54,259 bases of DNA from Dehalococcoidia bacterium (GTDB lineage Bacteria > Chloroflexota > Dehalococcoidia > Lucifugimonadales > UBA3495), in contig JASLXV010000006.1 in the NCBI GenBank assembly GCA_030740155.1, positions 1-54,259 of the forward strand, in the 5' to 3' direction. The position numbers were made by a program, and so were the translations under genes. Position 1 is the stretch's first letter, and each line of letters begins with the position of its first letter. Under the pieces are notes generated by a model. That model saw nothing but the letters and a program-made list of their open reading frames with translations, ran no database searches and was not told the origin of the DNA. Below are positions 37,535-47,117 of the stretch, in pieces.

Positions 37535-38774
37535 GTATCTGTTTCCCGGTGTTGCCCAGGTTCACCGCGGCGTGGGCACAGGGCAGGATGTCCGGAACGC
37601 ACTCAAACACTCGGCAGCCTCTCCGCGGACCGGCTCGACTATCCCCGTCCGCGCCGGCTCGTCGCGACGACCCGAATTATTGACGGAGCCTTCCCGGGCC
37701 TGAGCCTGGCTAGGTCGCTACCGGTGGCGCTTGTATCAGGCGGCGATTGTATCGGATCGAAGCGGCCCACACAAGCAGCACCCCGCCTAGCTCAAACGGA
37801 ATCGCCGACAGGCGTGGAATCTCCTATCGCCGTGAATGTAACGGGGGCCAACAACGGCAGATGGCGGCCAATAGTTAAGGCGTCTATCGCCACGTGGGCT
37901 GAAACCGAGGCAATGGCGACGGCGCCGACGAGGGCGGGAGATACACCCTCCGGGCATGCCGGAATAGGCCTACTATGCGGTTGCGAATCAAACTCCGGAG
38001 CCTTTTGGATATCGGGTTCGCAGGCGACCGGCAAGAGAAAACGCGGGAAGGCCCTTCAGCTTCGTCGTCTACTTGATTCTACCCGTTGATTCTACCTGGA
38101 TTTCGTACTAAGGTCAGCTAAGAAGGCGGTTCATAAGTCCTGAACCTATCGACATTGGGGTATGGAACGCAATAGGTACCCGATCCGCGACCTTCCACCG
38201 TGTCAGTCCCCCGGCGACGCGGGCGCCCTCAAGCCTACTCATCGGGCCGGGTCCGACATATCTTCGGTAGGTCACCGGCAATTCATTCACGGACAGGTTT
38301 CAGGATAGAACCCCTCCCTTGAAAGATGTATCCGCGTGGCGCATAATCGCTTACGAAATTAGACGCGCGCCACGCATCGCCCGAAGGGTAGAGACACCGG
38401 TCATGCTGATCCCGGGACGATGCAAACAGCCATCATCCGGCCAATAGAAGCCGCCAGCATCCCGGACAACCGCAAAGCGGTCCTCATACTGCGGGCCGCA
38501 CCTCCCCGGCATCAGCACCGGGCGTAGATCTCGGAGAGTTGCAGTAGCCGGCCAGGGGTCCTTCGAGGCATCATAGGCGGATATGGAACAGCCGAAGCAA
38601 CGCAAACGATTAGAGGGCCTAAGCTGAACCTGGCGAAGAGCAATGGTAAGGAGCCGGGGCAGGCCTTGGGCCGGAAGCGCGGTCCCGCCCGGCCTGAGAT
38701 CCTGCGTCCCAACCTATCTACCAATTGAGGCGGGTGAATCGTGGGGGCGGCCGGTCCGCAATCCGAAACATAAG

Positions 38775-40097
38775 GTGATTTCTCTGGTCAAGGCAGTCGT
38801 CGACTGGAGGCCCAGGACGCCCTTTTACTATGGGTGGTTGATCCTGGGCATGTCCTTCCTGGCCGCCTTCGCCGCCACCGGGTTTTCTCAGGTGACGCTG
38901 GGCGGTATCCAAGTCTTCATCACCGAGGACACCGGCTGGAAGATGAGCACCCTGGCCCTTGCCGTCACCGCCGGCACCTGGTGCTCCGCGCTGCTGTCCC
39001 CGCTCATCGGGTGGTTGGCCGACCGCTATGGCCCGCGCGCCTTGATGCCGGTGGGGCTCGTCACCGCCGCGGTGGCCTTCTTCGCCCTTTCCGGCAGTCA
39101 TGCCACTTGGCTATTCTTCGCGGCCTACATCCTGGGCCGCACCGTGAGCAACCCGGTTCTCGTCAACGTGGTCCCGCGCACCACCGCGGTCAACTTTTTC
39201 CGCCGCCGGCGCAACCTCGTCCTGGCCCTGGTCCCTTCCTACCGTCCCATCGGCGGCGCCATCAACATCCAGATGATCACGTTTATCGCCATCCGCCAAA
39301 GCTGGCGAAACGCGTACGCATACCTTGGCTTTTACAGCCTGATACTGGTGGCTCCCATCGTGCTGCTCATGCGGCGCCGGCCGGAGGACATCGGGCTTTT
39401 GCCCGACGGGGCCAAGCAAGCAGAGACGACGGGGGCTGCGATCAGCGGAAGGGGACCCGCCGGCGGCAGGGATGCAGATCTGAGTTGGACCGCCCGCGAG
39501 GCTTGGCACACCAGAGCCTTCTGGCTCGTCGTCCTGACCGCGGGCGCCAGCACTCTGGCCAACGCCTCGCTGGTGTTCAGCCTGGTTCCCTATCTTTCGG
39601 ACGAGGGCGGAATCTCCAAGGCACAGGCCGCCGGCGTGTTGAGCCTGGGCACTTTCTTGGCCATCACCACCCTCGGCTGGGGTTGGCTGGCCGACCGGTT
39701 AACCCCGCGCCGCTGTTTGGCCTTGGCCGTGGTCGCCTGTGGTGCGACGTCCCTCTACTTGATGACGGTCAACTCCCTGCCCATGGCCCTGATCTTCACA
39801 CTGGTGTTCGGAGTCTTTTCGGGAGCGCTCACCCCGTTGGAAAACATGGTCCTGGCCCACTACTTCGGGCGGAACTCTTTCGGAGCCATCTCTGGGTCCT
39901 ACAATCTATTCAAAATAATGATGCTGGGGTCGGGGCCGACCGTCGCGTCCGTGTTTGTAGAAGTGGTGGACAGCTATGATCTCCTGTACATGACCGTCGC
40001 CGGCCTTTACTTTACGGCCGGGGTGTTCATCTTACTAGCCGCCCGGCCGGCTTTGCCTCCGCGCTTGTCAGGGCCAACACCGATCCAGCGATCCTAG
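38775..40097 (+). CDS. MFS transporter
   Basis: FYYGW N-terminus, GWLADRYGPR motif A, RRPEDIGLLPDG, YFGR..FG.I.G and about 12 hydrophobic segments. Confidence 0.92.
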   Translation: MISLVKAVVDWRPRTPFYYGWLILGMSFLAAFAATGFSQVTLGGIQVFITEDTGWKMSTLALAVTAGTWCSALLSPLIGWLADRYGPRALMPVGLVTAAVAFFALSGSHATWLFFAAYILGRTVSNPVLVNVVPRTTAVNFFRRRRNLVLALVPSYRPIGGAINIQMITFIAIRQSWRNAYAYLGFYSLILVAPIVLLMRRRPEDIGLLPDGAKQAETTGAAISGRGPAGGRDADLSWTAREAWHTRAFWLVVLTAGASTLANASLVFSLVPYLSDEGGISKAQAAGVLSLGTFLAITTLGWGWLADRLTPRRCLALAVVACGATSLYLMTVNSLPMALIFTLVFGVFSGALTPLENMVLAHYFGRNSFGAISGSYNLFKIMMLGSGPTVASVFVEVVDSYDLLYMTVAGLYFTAGVFILLAARPALPPRLSGPTPIQRS

Positions 40098-40173
40098 ATA
40101 CTCGCTGGCCCCGGAACTCGGAGGCCCGGCGGGATTCCGGGTGCGCGGTATTGCCACCCGCGAGTTTGGCGGC

Positions 40174-40234
40174 TTGACGTTTGTGCTATCATTATGCTAG
40201 ATTAAAGATGTCATAAATAGGTATTCTGATAGCA
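40174..40234 (+). promoter_or_regulatory. Promoter with a putative operator inverted repeat
   Basis: TTGACG-N18-TAGATT (with TGn). TGCTATCA (40184-40191) and TGATAGCA (40227-40234) form an inverted pair, and a related GATGTCAT lies between them. Confidence 0.5.
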
Positions 40235-40252
40235 AGTGAGGAAGAGTACATC

Positions 40253-40759
40253 ATGTCATTCGACCTTCGCCGAATCGTAGAAGCTCAGAAAAAGGCCTTG
40301 GCCCTGGTTGAAACTCCGGAAAAACGGGAAGCCCTGGAGCGGTTCTTGGAAAGCTCCGGGCCACTGGTCGAATCAGCGGCGCGTGACGCCCTTCATGAGA
40401 TCGTAGAGGAGATGAACGCTCAGCTTGCCCCCCACGCCAGGATCCGGCTGGTGCAAGAAGGCAGCAAGCTGGTGCCGGAGGTTGTCACTTTAGCCGAGGA
40501 AGTAGGTGGGAGACGGGCCGTGGTGATAGACAGCGATTCCATTTCCAAGGTTCTCGTTCGGATGCCTTCTGAAGTAAAATCCAGAGCCACGGACGCGGCG
40601 CATCGGGCCGGCACATCGTTGAACAGCTGGACCGTTAGCGTCCTGGACCGGGCCGTGTCCAATCTTCGGGAGCGCCAGAAGAGGGGCGAAGAGCGTCAGG
40701 ACCCAGGTGAGACGGCCCCAGAGGTGGATCCGCCGAAGGAACCCGGTCCGAGAGAGTAG
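40253..40759 (+). CDS. Ribbon-helix-helix DNA-binding protein (HicB-like C-terminal domain)
   Basis: KVLVRMPSEVKSRATDAAHRAGTSLNSWTVSVL fits the RHH pattern, after a helical N-terminal domain. Confidence 0.75.
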   Translation: MSFDLRRIVEAQKKALALVETPEKREALERFLESSGPLVESAARDALHEIVEEMNAQLAPHARIRLVQEGSKLVPEVVTLAEEVGGRRAVVIDSDSISKVLVRMPSEVKSRATDAAHRAGTSLNSWTVSVLDRAVSNLRERQKRGEERQDPGETAPEVDPPKEPGPRE

Positions 40760-40790
40760 CAACTCGCCGCCTCCAGCGACGTATTCAGGA

Positions 40791-40824
40791 GCCCCGGAAC
40801 TAGAATCCCGGGGCTTCTTTATTT
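40791..40824 (+). terminator. Intrinsic terminator
   Basis: GAGCCCCGG...CCGGGGCTTC followed by TTTATTT. Confidence 0.65.
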
Positions 40825-41093
40825 CCGAGATGGGGAACCGGTTCGGGTTGAAATAATGCTATCGCTTCGCTATCTACAACGCGAACGATGATATCAGAGA
40901 ACCGTTCATTCGACTGCCTCCAGTCCTCAGCCGCCGGCCTTCGCCGGGACGACGGGCCGGTAGCAGGCCGCTTACGAGACACCGGACCGGGGGTGGGGTT
41001 AAGAAGCATCACCGGTCTCTGTATGAGGTCCAGGCATAGAAGTGGTACAAATCGTCCGGGATTCAGATTCGGCTAACCTTCAGTGTGCGGCCT

Positions 41094-41426
41094 CTAGATT
41101 GGCCACAAGCTCTGGTTCGGCTTCTGCTTCTGAAGCTCTTCCAGCTCCGGCCTCGGCCCGTACCTGATGACACGAGGTGGACAGTGGTGGACGCATGCCG
41201 GGTCCAGTCCCCGCCGGGTCCTCGGCCCGCAGAGGTTGCAGAGGCTGGTCGGCTCCGGCAAGAAGTCGAGCGCCACCCGGCCGCCGTCCTGCCGGAGCCC
41301 GGAGCCGATGGTGATGCAGGCCCGGCTGAGGTCCAGCTGGTTCGCGTTCCTTCCGGCAATGACGCAGGAGTAGCAACCGGTGCACCATTCAAAGTCGATG
41401 AGCAGAGCGTATTGTTGGCTAGCCAT
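41094..41426 (-). CDS. Small Fe-S (4Fe-4S dicluster-type) subunit of the molybdopterin oxidoreductase
   Basis: YALLIDFEWCTGCYSC, CNLC and PACVHHC...YG. Overlaps the stop of the large subunit. Confidence 0.88.
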   Translation of the reverse strand: MASQQYALLIDFEWCTGCYSCVIAGRNANQLDLSRACITIGSGLRQDGGRVALDFLPEPTSLCNLCGPRTRRGLDPACVHHCPPRVIRYGPRPELEELQKQKPNQSLWPI

Positions 41427-43701
41427 GGAGGTCCTGCTTCTCAATAATGCCGGGAATCCCGCCGTCAGCCTTGTACAGCTTGCACAGCAGGGCCTTGTAT
41501 TGGCCTCCACCGAAGCCGTGGGACGACTGGGTGTTGTGGGGGATCAACAGGTTCAGGTTCGCGTCCCACACGCCAAACCATTCATCCGCTCCCTTCTCCG
41601 GGAACCACCAGCCGTGGGAGGCCGCAACCACCCGGGGGTGGATGAGGTTCGTGACCGACACCTTTCGTTTGCACCGGCCCAGGTGGTTCTCCACCCAGAC
41701 CCAATCGCCGTCTTGGATGCCCAGGGGTCCCGCCGTGCCGGGGTGGACCATCACCTCGGGATACGGATGGATCTGCCGCAGCGACCGGATTTGACGGTGC
41801 TCCGAGTGGAAGAAAGCGATGGTGCGGCCGCCCGTCGTGAGGATCAGCGGATACTCTTCGGCCAGCTCCGGGGCGCTGTACGGACTCATCGCCGGTTCCA
41901 CGAATACCGGCAGTGGATCGTGACCCCACTGCTCCATGAGCGAGCTGTACAGCTCCACTTTGCCGCTGGGCGTGTTGAAGCCGGGATTGCCATCGGCCCG
42001 AAGCTCCCCCTTCGTGTAACGGTGGTAGGGGAGAGACTTGTCCGCTTTGTCCGGCCACATGAACTGCTCCCGGCTCAGCTCTTCGAAGGTCACGCCGGCC
42101 GGCTTCAGCAAGGATTCCCAGAAATCGCGCATGCTCTTCCACGGCAGGCTGGGGTTGAACCGCCGGGCCAGCTCGAAGCAGATTTCGGAATCCGGCTTGC
42201 ATTCGGCCACGCTGATGGCCTTGTTGATGGCGTTCAGCGGCGCCCACCAGGCGCGCACTCCCTCCTTCTCGGCGAAGGTCGCCGCCGGCAGCACGAAGTC
42301 CGCCAGGGCGGCGGCGGTCGGCGTCATGAACAGGTCGACGACGACGATCAGGTCCAGGCGGTTGAACGCTTCCAGCAGCCTCTTCGGGTTCGCCCCGTCC
42401 ACCAGGAAATTATTCCCGGCAATCCACGCGGCCTTGATGGGGTAGGGCTCCGCGGAAAAGATCTGGTCGATGAGTACGTCGGAGTGGGCCCGCCAGTGGA
42501 AATTCCGGGTGATGGGGTACTCCTTGGTCCCGACCCGCTTCTCGAAGAAGACCTCCGGGTCCATCACGTTACCGGTGAAGCCCCGGACCGATTCCTGGTC
42601 CATGGGGTAAGGCCACACCCCGAAGGCCGGCTTGGCGAAGGCCATGCCGCCGGGCACTTCTATATTCCCGGTGATGGCCCACAGGTCGATGACCCCCATG
42701 GCCACGCCGAACCCCTCGGGGCACATATCGATGGGAACTCCCCACTGGATGGAGGCCGGTTTCGCGGCCGCAAATAGCCGGGCCGCCGCCTTTATCTGTT
42801 CTTCCGGGACCCAGGTGATCTCCGACACCCGTGACGGGGGATACTCCAGCGCCCGCTGGCGAAGCTTGTCGAACCCGGAGCACCACCGTTCCACGAATTC
42901 TTTGTCGTACAGGCCTTCCTCGATAATAACGTGGAGAAAGCCCAGGGCCAGCGCGCCGTCGGTGCCGGGCCTGATCTGAAGCCAATGCTCGGCCCGGGAG
43001 GCGGTCCAGGTGTAGTAGGGGTCGATGACGATGACCTTGGTCCCTCGCTTCATGCAGTCGACGATCCAGTTGCCGTAGAAGCCGTCGGTGCAAGTGGCCG
43101 GGGGGTTGTACCCCCAACAGACGATCACCTCCGGGAGGCGGAAGTCCGGGTCGTCGTAGCGGCCGGGAAGGAACTGTCCGCAATCGGGCACCGCGTAGTC
43201 GCCTTGAACCACCTTCATGGCGCCCAGCCGCGGGTGGTAGCAGGAGTTGCCGGTGAGTCCGCCCTGGAGCCAGTTGGGGCTCCCGTAGCTGTAGGCCAGC
43301 ATGAGAAGCCAGGCTCCCACGTCCCGGCCCGTGCCCTGGATGAAGGCCATGCTCTCGGGGCCGTGGCGCTCCTTGACGGCCGCCATGCGCCGCTCCAGCT
43401 CGTCGAACACCTCATCCCAGCTCACCCGCTCCCAGCGGTCTTCGCCCCGCTTCCCCACTCGGCGCAGGGGATGGAGGAGCCTATCGGGGTGATAGGTGTA
43501 CTCCTGCATCGTCAACGCCCGGGGGCAGAGGCTCCCCCGGTTGTACGGGTGCTCGGGGTCGCCTTCGATGCCTTCGAGCCTGCCGTTCCCCACATCGAGC
43601 AGAACGCCGCAGCCGCCGTGGCATCCGGGTCCCGCCGACCAGGTGACGGAGCGCACGATGTTTTCTCCGGGTGGTTCTCGCCTCCCGATTGCCATCACCA
43701 T
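41419..43701 (-). CDS. Bis-MGD molybdopterin oxidoreductase catalytic subunit (DMSO reductase family; acetylene hydratase / catechol dehydroxylase-like branch)
   Basis: WSAGPGCHGGCG, EGDPEHPYNRGSLCPR, YHPDRL.HPL.R, SWDE, SCYHPR, IRPGTDGALAL, FNTPSGKVELYS, YPLILTTGGR..FFHSEHRQ and HGWWFPE. No Tat signal. Confidence 0.92.
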   Translation of the reverse strand: MVMAIGRREPPGENIVRSVTWSAGPGCHGGCGVLLDVGNGRLEGIEGDPEHPYNRGSLCPRALTMQEYTYHPDRLLHPLRRVGKRGEDRWERVSWDEVFDELERRMAAVKERHGPESMAFIQGTGRDVGAWLLMLAYSYGSPNWLQGGLTGNSCYHPRLGAMKVVQGDYAVPDCGQFLPGRYDDPDFRLPEVIVCWGYNPPATCTDGFYGNWIVDCMKRGTKVIVIDPYYTWTASRAEHWLQIRPGTDGALALGFLHVIIEEGLYDKEFVERWCSGFDKLRQRALEYPPSRVSEITWVPEEQIKAAARLFAAAKPASIQWGVPIDMCPEGFGVAMGVIDLWAITGNIEVPGGMAFAKPAFGVWPYPMDQESVRGFTGNVMDPEVFFEKRVGTKEYPITRNFHWRAHSDVLIDQIFSAEPYPIKAAWIAGNNFLVDGANPKRLLEAFNRLDLIVVVDLFMTPTAAALADFVLPAATFAEKEGVRAWWAPLNAINKAISVAECKPDSEICFELARRFNPSLPWKSMRDFWESLLKPAGVTFEELSREQFMWPDKADKSLPYHRYTKGELRADGNPGFNTPSGKVELYSSLMEQWGHDPLPVFVEPAMSPYSAPELAEEYPLILTTGGRTIAFFHSEHRQIRSLRQIHPYPEVMVHPGTAGPLGIQDGDWVWVENHLGRCKRKVSVTNLIHPRVVAASHGWWFPEKGADEWFGVWDANLNLLIPHNTQSSHGFGGGQYKALLCKLYKADGGIPGIIEKQDLHG

Positions 43702-44106
43702 CCCCTTCCCGCCGCTCAGACCGGAGAATGAGCGGCTCCGCACGACTTGAGCCCCGGCCCAAGGGGCTCCACAAGGATTGTAGCAGAACCGACAAAGGTG
43801 TTTTTGTGGCCGATCGCATAACGTCTTTCCAGGTGATCAACCATGCGTTCTCGAACCGTGACTGGAGCGAGAGATTACTCTCCTGCCATCCAGCGGGGTA
43901 CCGTGGACGAACTGCTGACGGGCGCCGGCCCCGAGGGGGGAGGTGGTTTCCTCGGGCGACTCTACGCCTTGCTCGATTCCGCCCTGGTGACCGGGAGCAA
44001 CAATGGCTTGGGGCTGTTGCCGTGCCGGTGACCGATGGGCTCTATTGTAAGGGCCGGGTACTTGAGCCAAGGGGGGCGCCGGCTTGGCCCTCTAAGAGCG
44101 CGTCGG

Positions 44107-44274
44107 CTACGGCATTCCGGCCGTCCCTTCGTCGTGGCTCTCCTCGGCTTCGTCGTGGGCCGCCGTCCCGTCGTCGTGGCCCGCTCCTTCCATATCCATG
44201 TCCATGGCGGCCCCGCTGGCCCCCAAGAAGTTCTCAAGGTGATTCTCAGCTGCCTCTAGATCGCCGGATTGCAT
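44107..44274 (-). pseudogene. His/Asp/Met-rich small ORF or C-terminal gene remnant
   Basis: MQSGDLEAAENHLENFLGASGAAMDMDMEGAGHDDGTAAHDEAEESHDEGTAGMP*; protein-like composition with no clear RBS. Confidence 0.4.
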
Positions 44275-44556
44275 CAAACCCAGGATGGTTCTTCCATCAT
44301 CGAGGCCGGCGCCGTCCTAGGGGACAGTCTTTACCTGTCCATTTGGTCAGGTTGCCCCGCTGCGCTGGACACGGTGCCGGGCAGATTCAAGCCGGACAGC
44401 CGGGAGCACGGTGTGCGGCCTGGTCCGCGGGATCACCATTGTGGGCTCGAGCTTGTGGGCAAGGGAAATGAAAGCGGCGGAGGTGAGATCCGGGCCGTAG
44501 ACTCAAGCCTTGGCATTCACCAACGGGACCCATCGCTTCCGGCGTGGTGGAGCGCG

Positions 44557-44585
44557 TTGACAGCCCAGGTCGCCCGGAATAGGAT
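44557..44585 (+). promoter_or_regulatory. Sigma70-type promoter
   Basis: TTGACA-N17-TAGGAT upstream of 44673. Confidence 0.7.
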
Positions 44586-44672
44586 AGTCCCAACCCTCGC
44601 CGGCCGGCTGAGACGCCCGTTGGAGGCCCAACTACCGCCGGCCACGTCAGGCCCAGCACCAGGAGGTGTCAC

Positions 44673-45410
44673 GTGAGCATCAGGACACGGGTCGGGTTGA
44701 TAGTGCCTGCCACCAACAGCACTGCGGAACCCGATTTTGCCATGGTTGCCCCAAAGAACGTGAGCATCCACTCGCAGCGCATGTGGAACGTGAACGAGCT
44801 GACCGTAGAAGTCATGGAGGAGATGAACTCGGACGTGGAACGGGCGGCCCGGTACCTGGCCGAGGCGAAGATGGATTTCATCGTGTACGCCTGTACCACC
44901 GGGAGCTTTTTCAAGGGCCCGGGCTACGATGAAGAGCTGATCAAGGGCATTGAAAAGGTTGCCGGCGTGCCCGCGGTGGCCACGGCGCCCTCGGCGGTCG
45001 AGGCCCTTCGGTTCCTTGGGGCCAAACGGATTTCAGTGGCTTCACCCTACGCCCAGTGGCAGAACGATAGGCTCCGCGCCTACTACGAAGCGCTAGGGTT
45101 CGAGGTGCTCAACGTGGAAGGGGACCCTCACGGTGCTGTGGCCGGCGGCCAGGGGCACTGTGACCTTAGCCCCGAGTCGGTGGTGGAGTTCGCCTCGGGA
45201 GTATGCCGCCCGGAGGCCGACGTCCTGTTTTGCTCCTGCACCGCCTGGCGGTCCATGGAAGTGGCGGCCGAGCTGGAGCAACGCACCGGAAAGCCGGTGG
45301 TCTCGGCCAACCAGGCTACCATCTGGGCCGCATTCACCCGCCTGGGCATCACCGGCCTCCAGCCCGGGTTCGGCTCCCTGCTGGACCAACTGACCCGCGT
45401 CACCGTTTAG
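44673..45410 (+). CDS. Maleate cis-trans isomerase / arylmalonate decarboxylase (Asp/Glu racemase superfamily)
   Basis: GLIVPATNSTAEPDF, YACTTGS and CSCT (two catalytic Cys), ASPY and KPVVSANQAT.W. AGGAGGT RBS. Confidence 0.9.
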   Translation: MSIRTRVGLIVPATNSTAEPDFAMVAPKNVSIHSQRMWNVNELTVEVMEEMNSDVERAARYLAEAKMDFIVYACTTGSFFKGPGYDEELIKGIEKVAGVPAVATAPSAVEALRFLGAKRISVASPYAQWQNDRLRAYYEALGFEVLNVEGDPHGAVAGGQGHCDLSPESVVEFASGVCRPEADVLFCSCTAWRSMEVAAELEQRTGKPVVSANQATIWAAFTRLGITGLQPGFGSLLDQLTRVTV

Positions 45411-45448
45411 TGCCGCCAAACCCTCGGGGAACGGAAGAGGCCCAGCGT

Positions 45449-45472
45449 GTAGGGGCGGGTTTTATACCCGCC
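45449..45472. repeat. GTAG-type REP palindrome
   Basis: GTAGGGGCGGGT-TTTAT-ACCCGCCC. Confidence 0.6.
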
Positions 45473-45575
45473 CGGCTGCTCCGGACCTTGACGCGCCGTC
45501 GCAGAGCACCCGGGAATAACCCTTGCTTGATGAATAAGAGCGCCGGCCCGGGGGCCGAGAGCAGGAGGAGCGTTG

Positions 45576-46757
45576 ATGGATAGATTTGACGCCGTTGTCG
45601 TAGGTGGTGGCGTCCTGGGGGGCGCCACCGCGTACTACCTGGCCAAGGAAGGGCTCAAGGTGTGCATCATGGACCGCGAGGCCGTCGGCAGCGGCGCCTC
45701 CGCCCACGGCCACGGCGCCATGTCCATGGTTGGAAAGGACTTCCGGCCGGGGCCCCACTTTACCCTGGGCCTGGTGGGCATGGAGATGTACGCCAACTTC
45801 GTGGCAAACGTCATGGAGGACAGCGGAATCGACCCGATGTACCACGAATCGGATGGGGTGAGCCTGGCGGTTGTGGAGGAAGAGGAGCAGATCTTCAAGG
45901 AGGCCATCGCCGGCCAGAGCAAATACCTGGAGATGAAGTGGATCGACGGAGATGAGGTGCGCAGGATGGAGCCGCGCATCACCTCGGACGCCCTCGGCGC
46001 GGTCCTGTACCGGCACGGCCAGGTGGACGCTTACCGGCTGAGCCTGGCCACGGCCCAAGCGGTGGAGCGAATGGGCGGCCAAATCCTGCTCCGGGAAGCC
46101 ACCGGGCTGAAAACAGAGGGTGACCGGGTCACCGGGGTTACCTATCCCGGCGGTGAGGTCGCAGCGGGCGCGGTGGTTATCGCCATGGGGGCGTGGAGTG
46201 GCGCGGCCCGCGAATGGCTCCACTATCCCCTTCCGGTGCGCCCGCTCCACGGCCAAGTCTTGCACCTCCGCATGCCGGGGGAGCCGATGCGGCTGTTCAT
46301 CATCACCGCCCGCCATGGGCCGGTCCTGCCTCGGCGCGACGGAATCCTGATGGCGGGCAGCCTGGGAGGTGTCAGCATGAGCGGCCTCGACGTCGACTCA
46401 GTGCACGTCTTCGACCCCAGAGACACCGGCCCCTGGGAATTCGACCTGAACCCCTCGGAGTGGGGCCGAAACTTCATGCTGGAGCGGGTGCTCAAGATCA
46501 TGCCGGCCCTGGAAGAGGCGGAGGTGGTGGACCACCTGGCCGGCGTGCGGCCCCTCTGCGCCGACCGGATGCCGCTGATCGGGCCGGTGCCGGGCTGGCA
46601 GGGCGCCTACATCGCCACCGGCCACGGCACCAAGGGGATTCACCTCAGCGCCGTCACGGGGCGCATCGTGGCCGACCAGATCGTGCGTGGCAAGACCGAG
46701 GTGCCGGTCCCCGCGGAAGCCTTTTCACCAGGCCGGTTCGCCTACCTCGCCGAGTGA
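45576..46757 (+). CDS. FAD-dependent oxidoreductase (DAO / glycine oxidase family)
   Basis: VVVGGGVLG, GSGAS..G.G, GQVD, AMGAWS, AGVRP...D..PLIG and ATGH...GI.LSAVTG. Confidence 0.92.
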   Translation: MDRFDAVVVGGGVLGGATAYYLAKEGLKVCIMDREAVGSGASAHGHGAMSMVGKDFRPGPHFTLGLVGMEMYANFVANVMEDSGIDPMYHESDGVSLAVVEEEEQIFKEAIAGQSKYLEMKWIDGDEVRRMEPRITSDALGAVLYRHGQVDAYRLSLATAQAVERMGGQILLREATGLKTEGDRVTGVTYPGGEVAAGAVVIAMGAWSGAAREWLHYPLPVRPLHGQVLHLRMPGEPMRLFIITARHGPVLPRRDGILMAGSLGGVSMSGLDVDSVHVFDPRDTGPWEFDLNPSEWGRNFMLERVLKIMPALEEAEVVDHLAGVRPLCADRMPLIGPVPGWQGAYIATGHGTKGIHLSAVTGRIVADQIVRGKTEVPVPAEAFSPGRFAYLAE

Positions 46758-47117
46758 CGGCCACCTGCCGGCAAGCCCCCACGGCCGGCTCCGTGGGCTA
46801 GCTCCGGCCGCTAGCTCGGACCCGTATCCGGTTGAAGCCCTGGAGCGGCCTCGGGCCCGGGTGACGCTGGCGCCCCGCCCGGGGCATTTGCTCAAGGTCT
46901 TCAGCAGCCTCGAATGGTGTCCGGCGGGTCGTTCCCGCCAACGGGCCAAGGTACTGTGTTAGACTGCCGGCAGCCGGCATTTGGACCGGGGAGGCTTGAG
47001 CGACCCAACGCGTCACAAGACCAGAGGGTGGATCATCAATCGCGCTGGGATGAGACCCCGGTCACGCCTCGCCGGCCTGAAGGTGATATTCAACAGTTTG
47101 TTGCTTGATCACACGAC

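Noticed and set aside
41380..42777. 465-aa plus-strand ORF
   Set aside because: Antisense shadow of the molybdopterin oxidoreductase.
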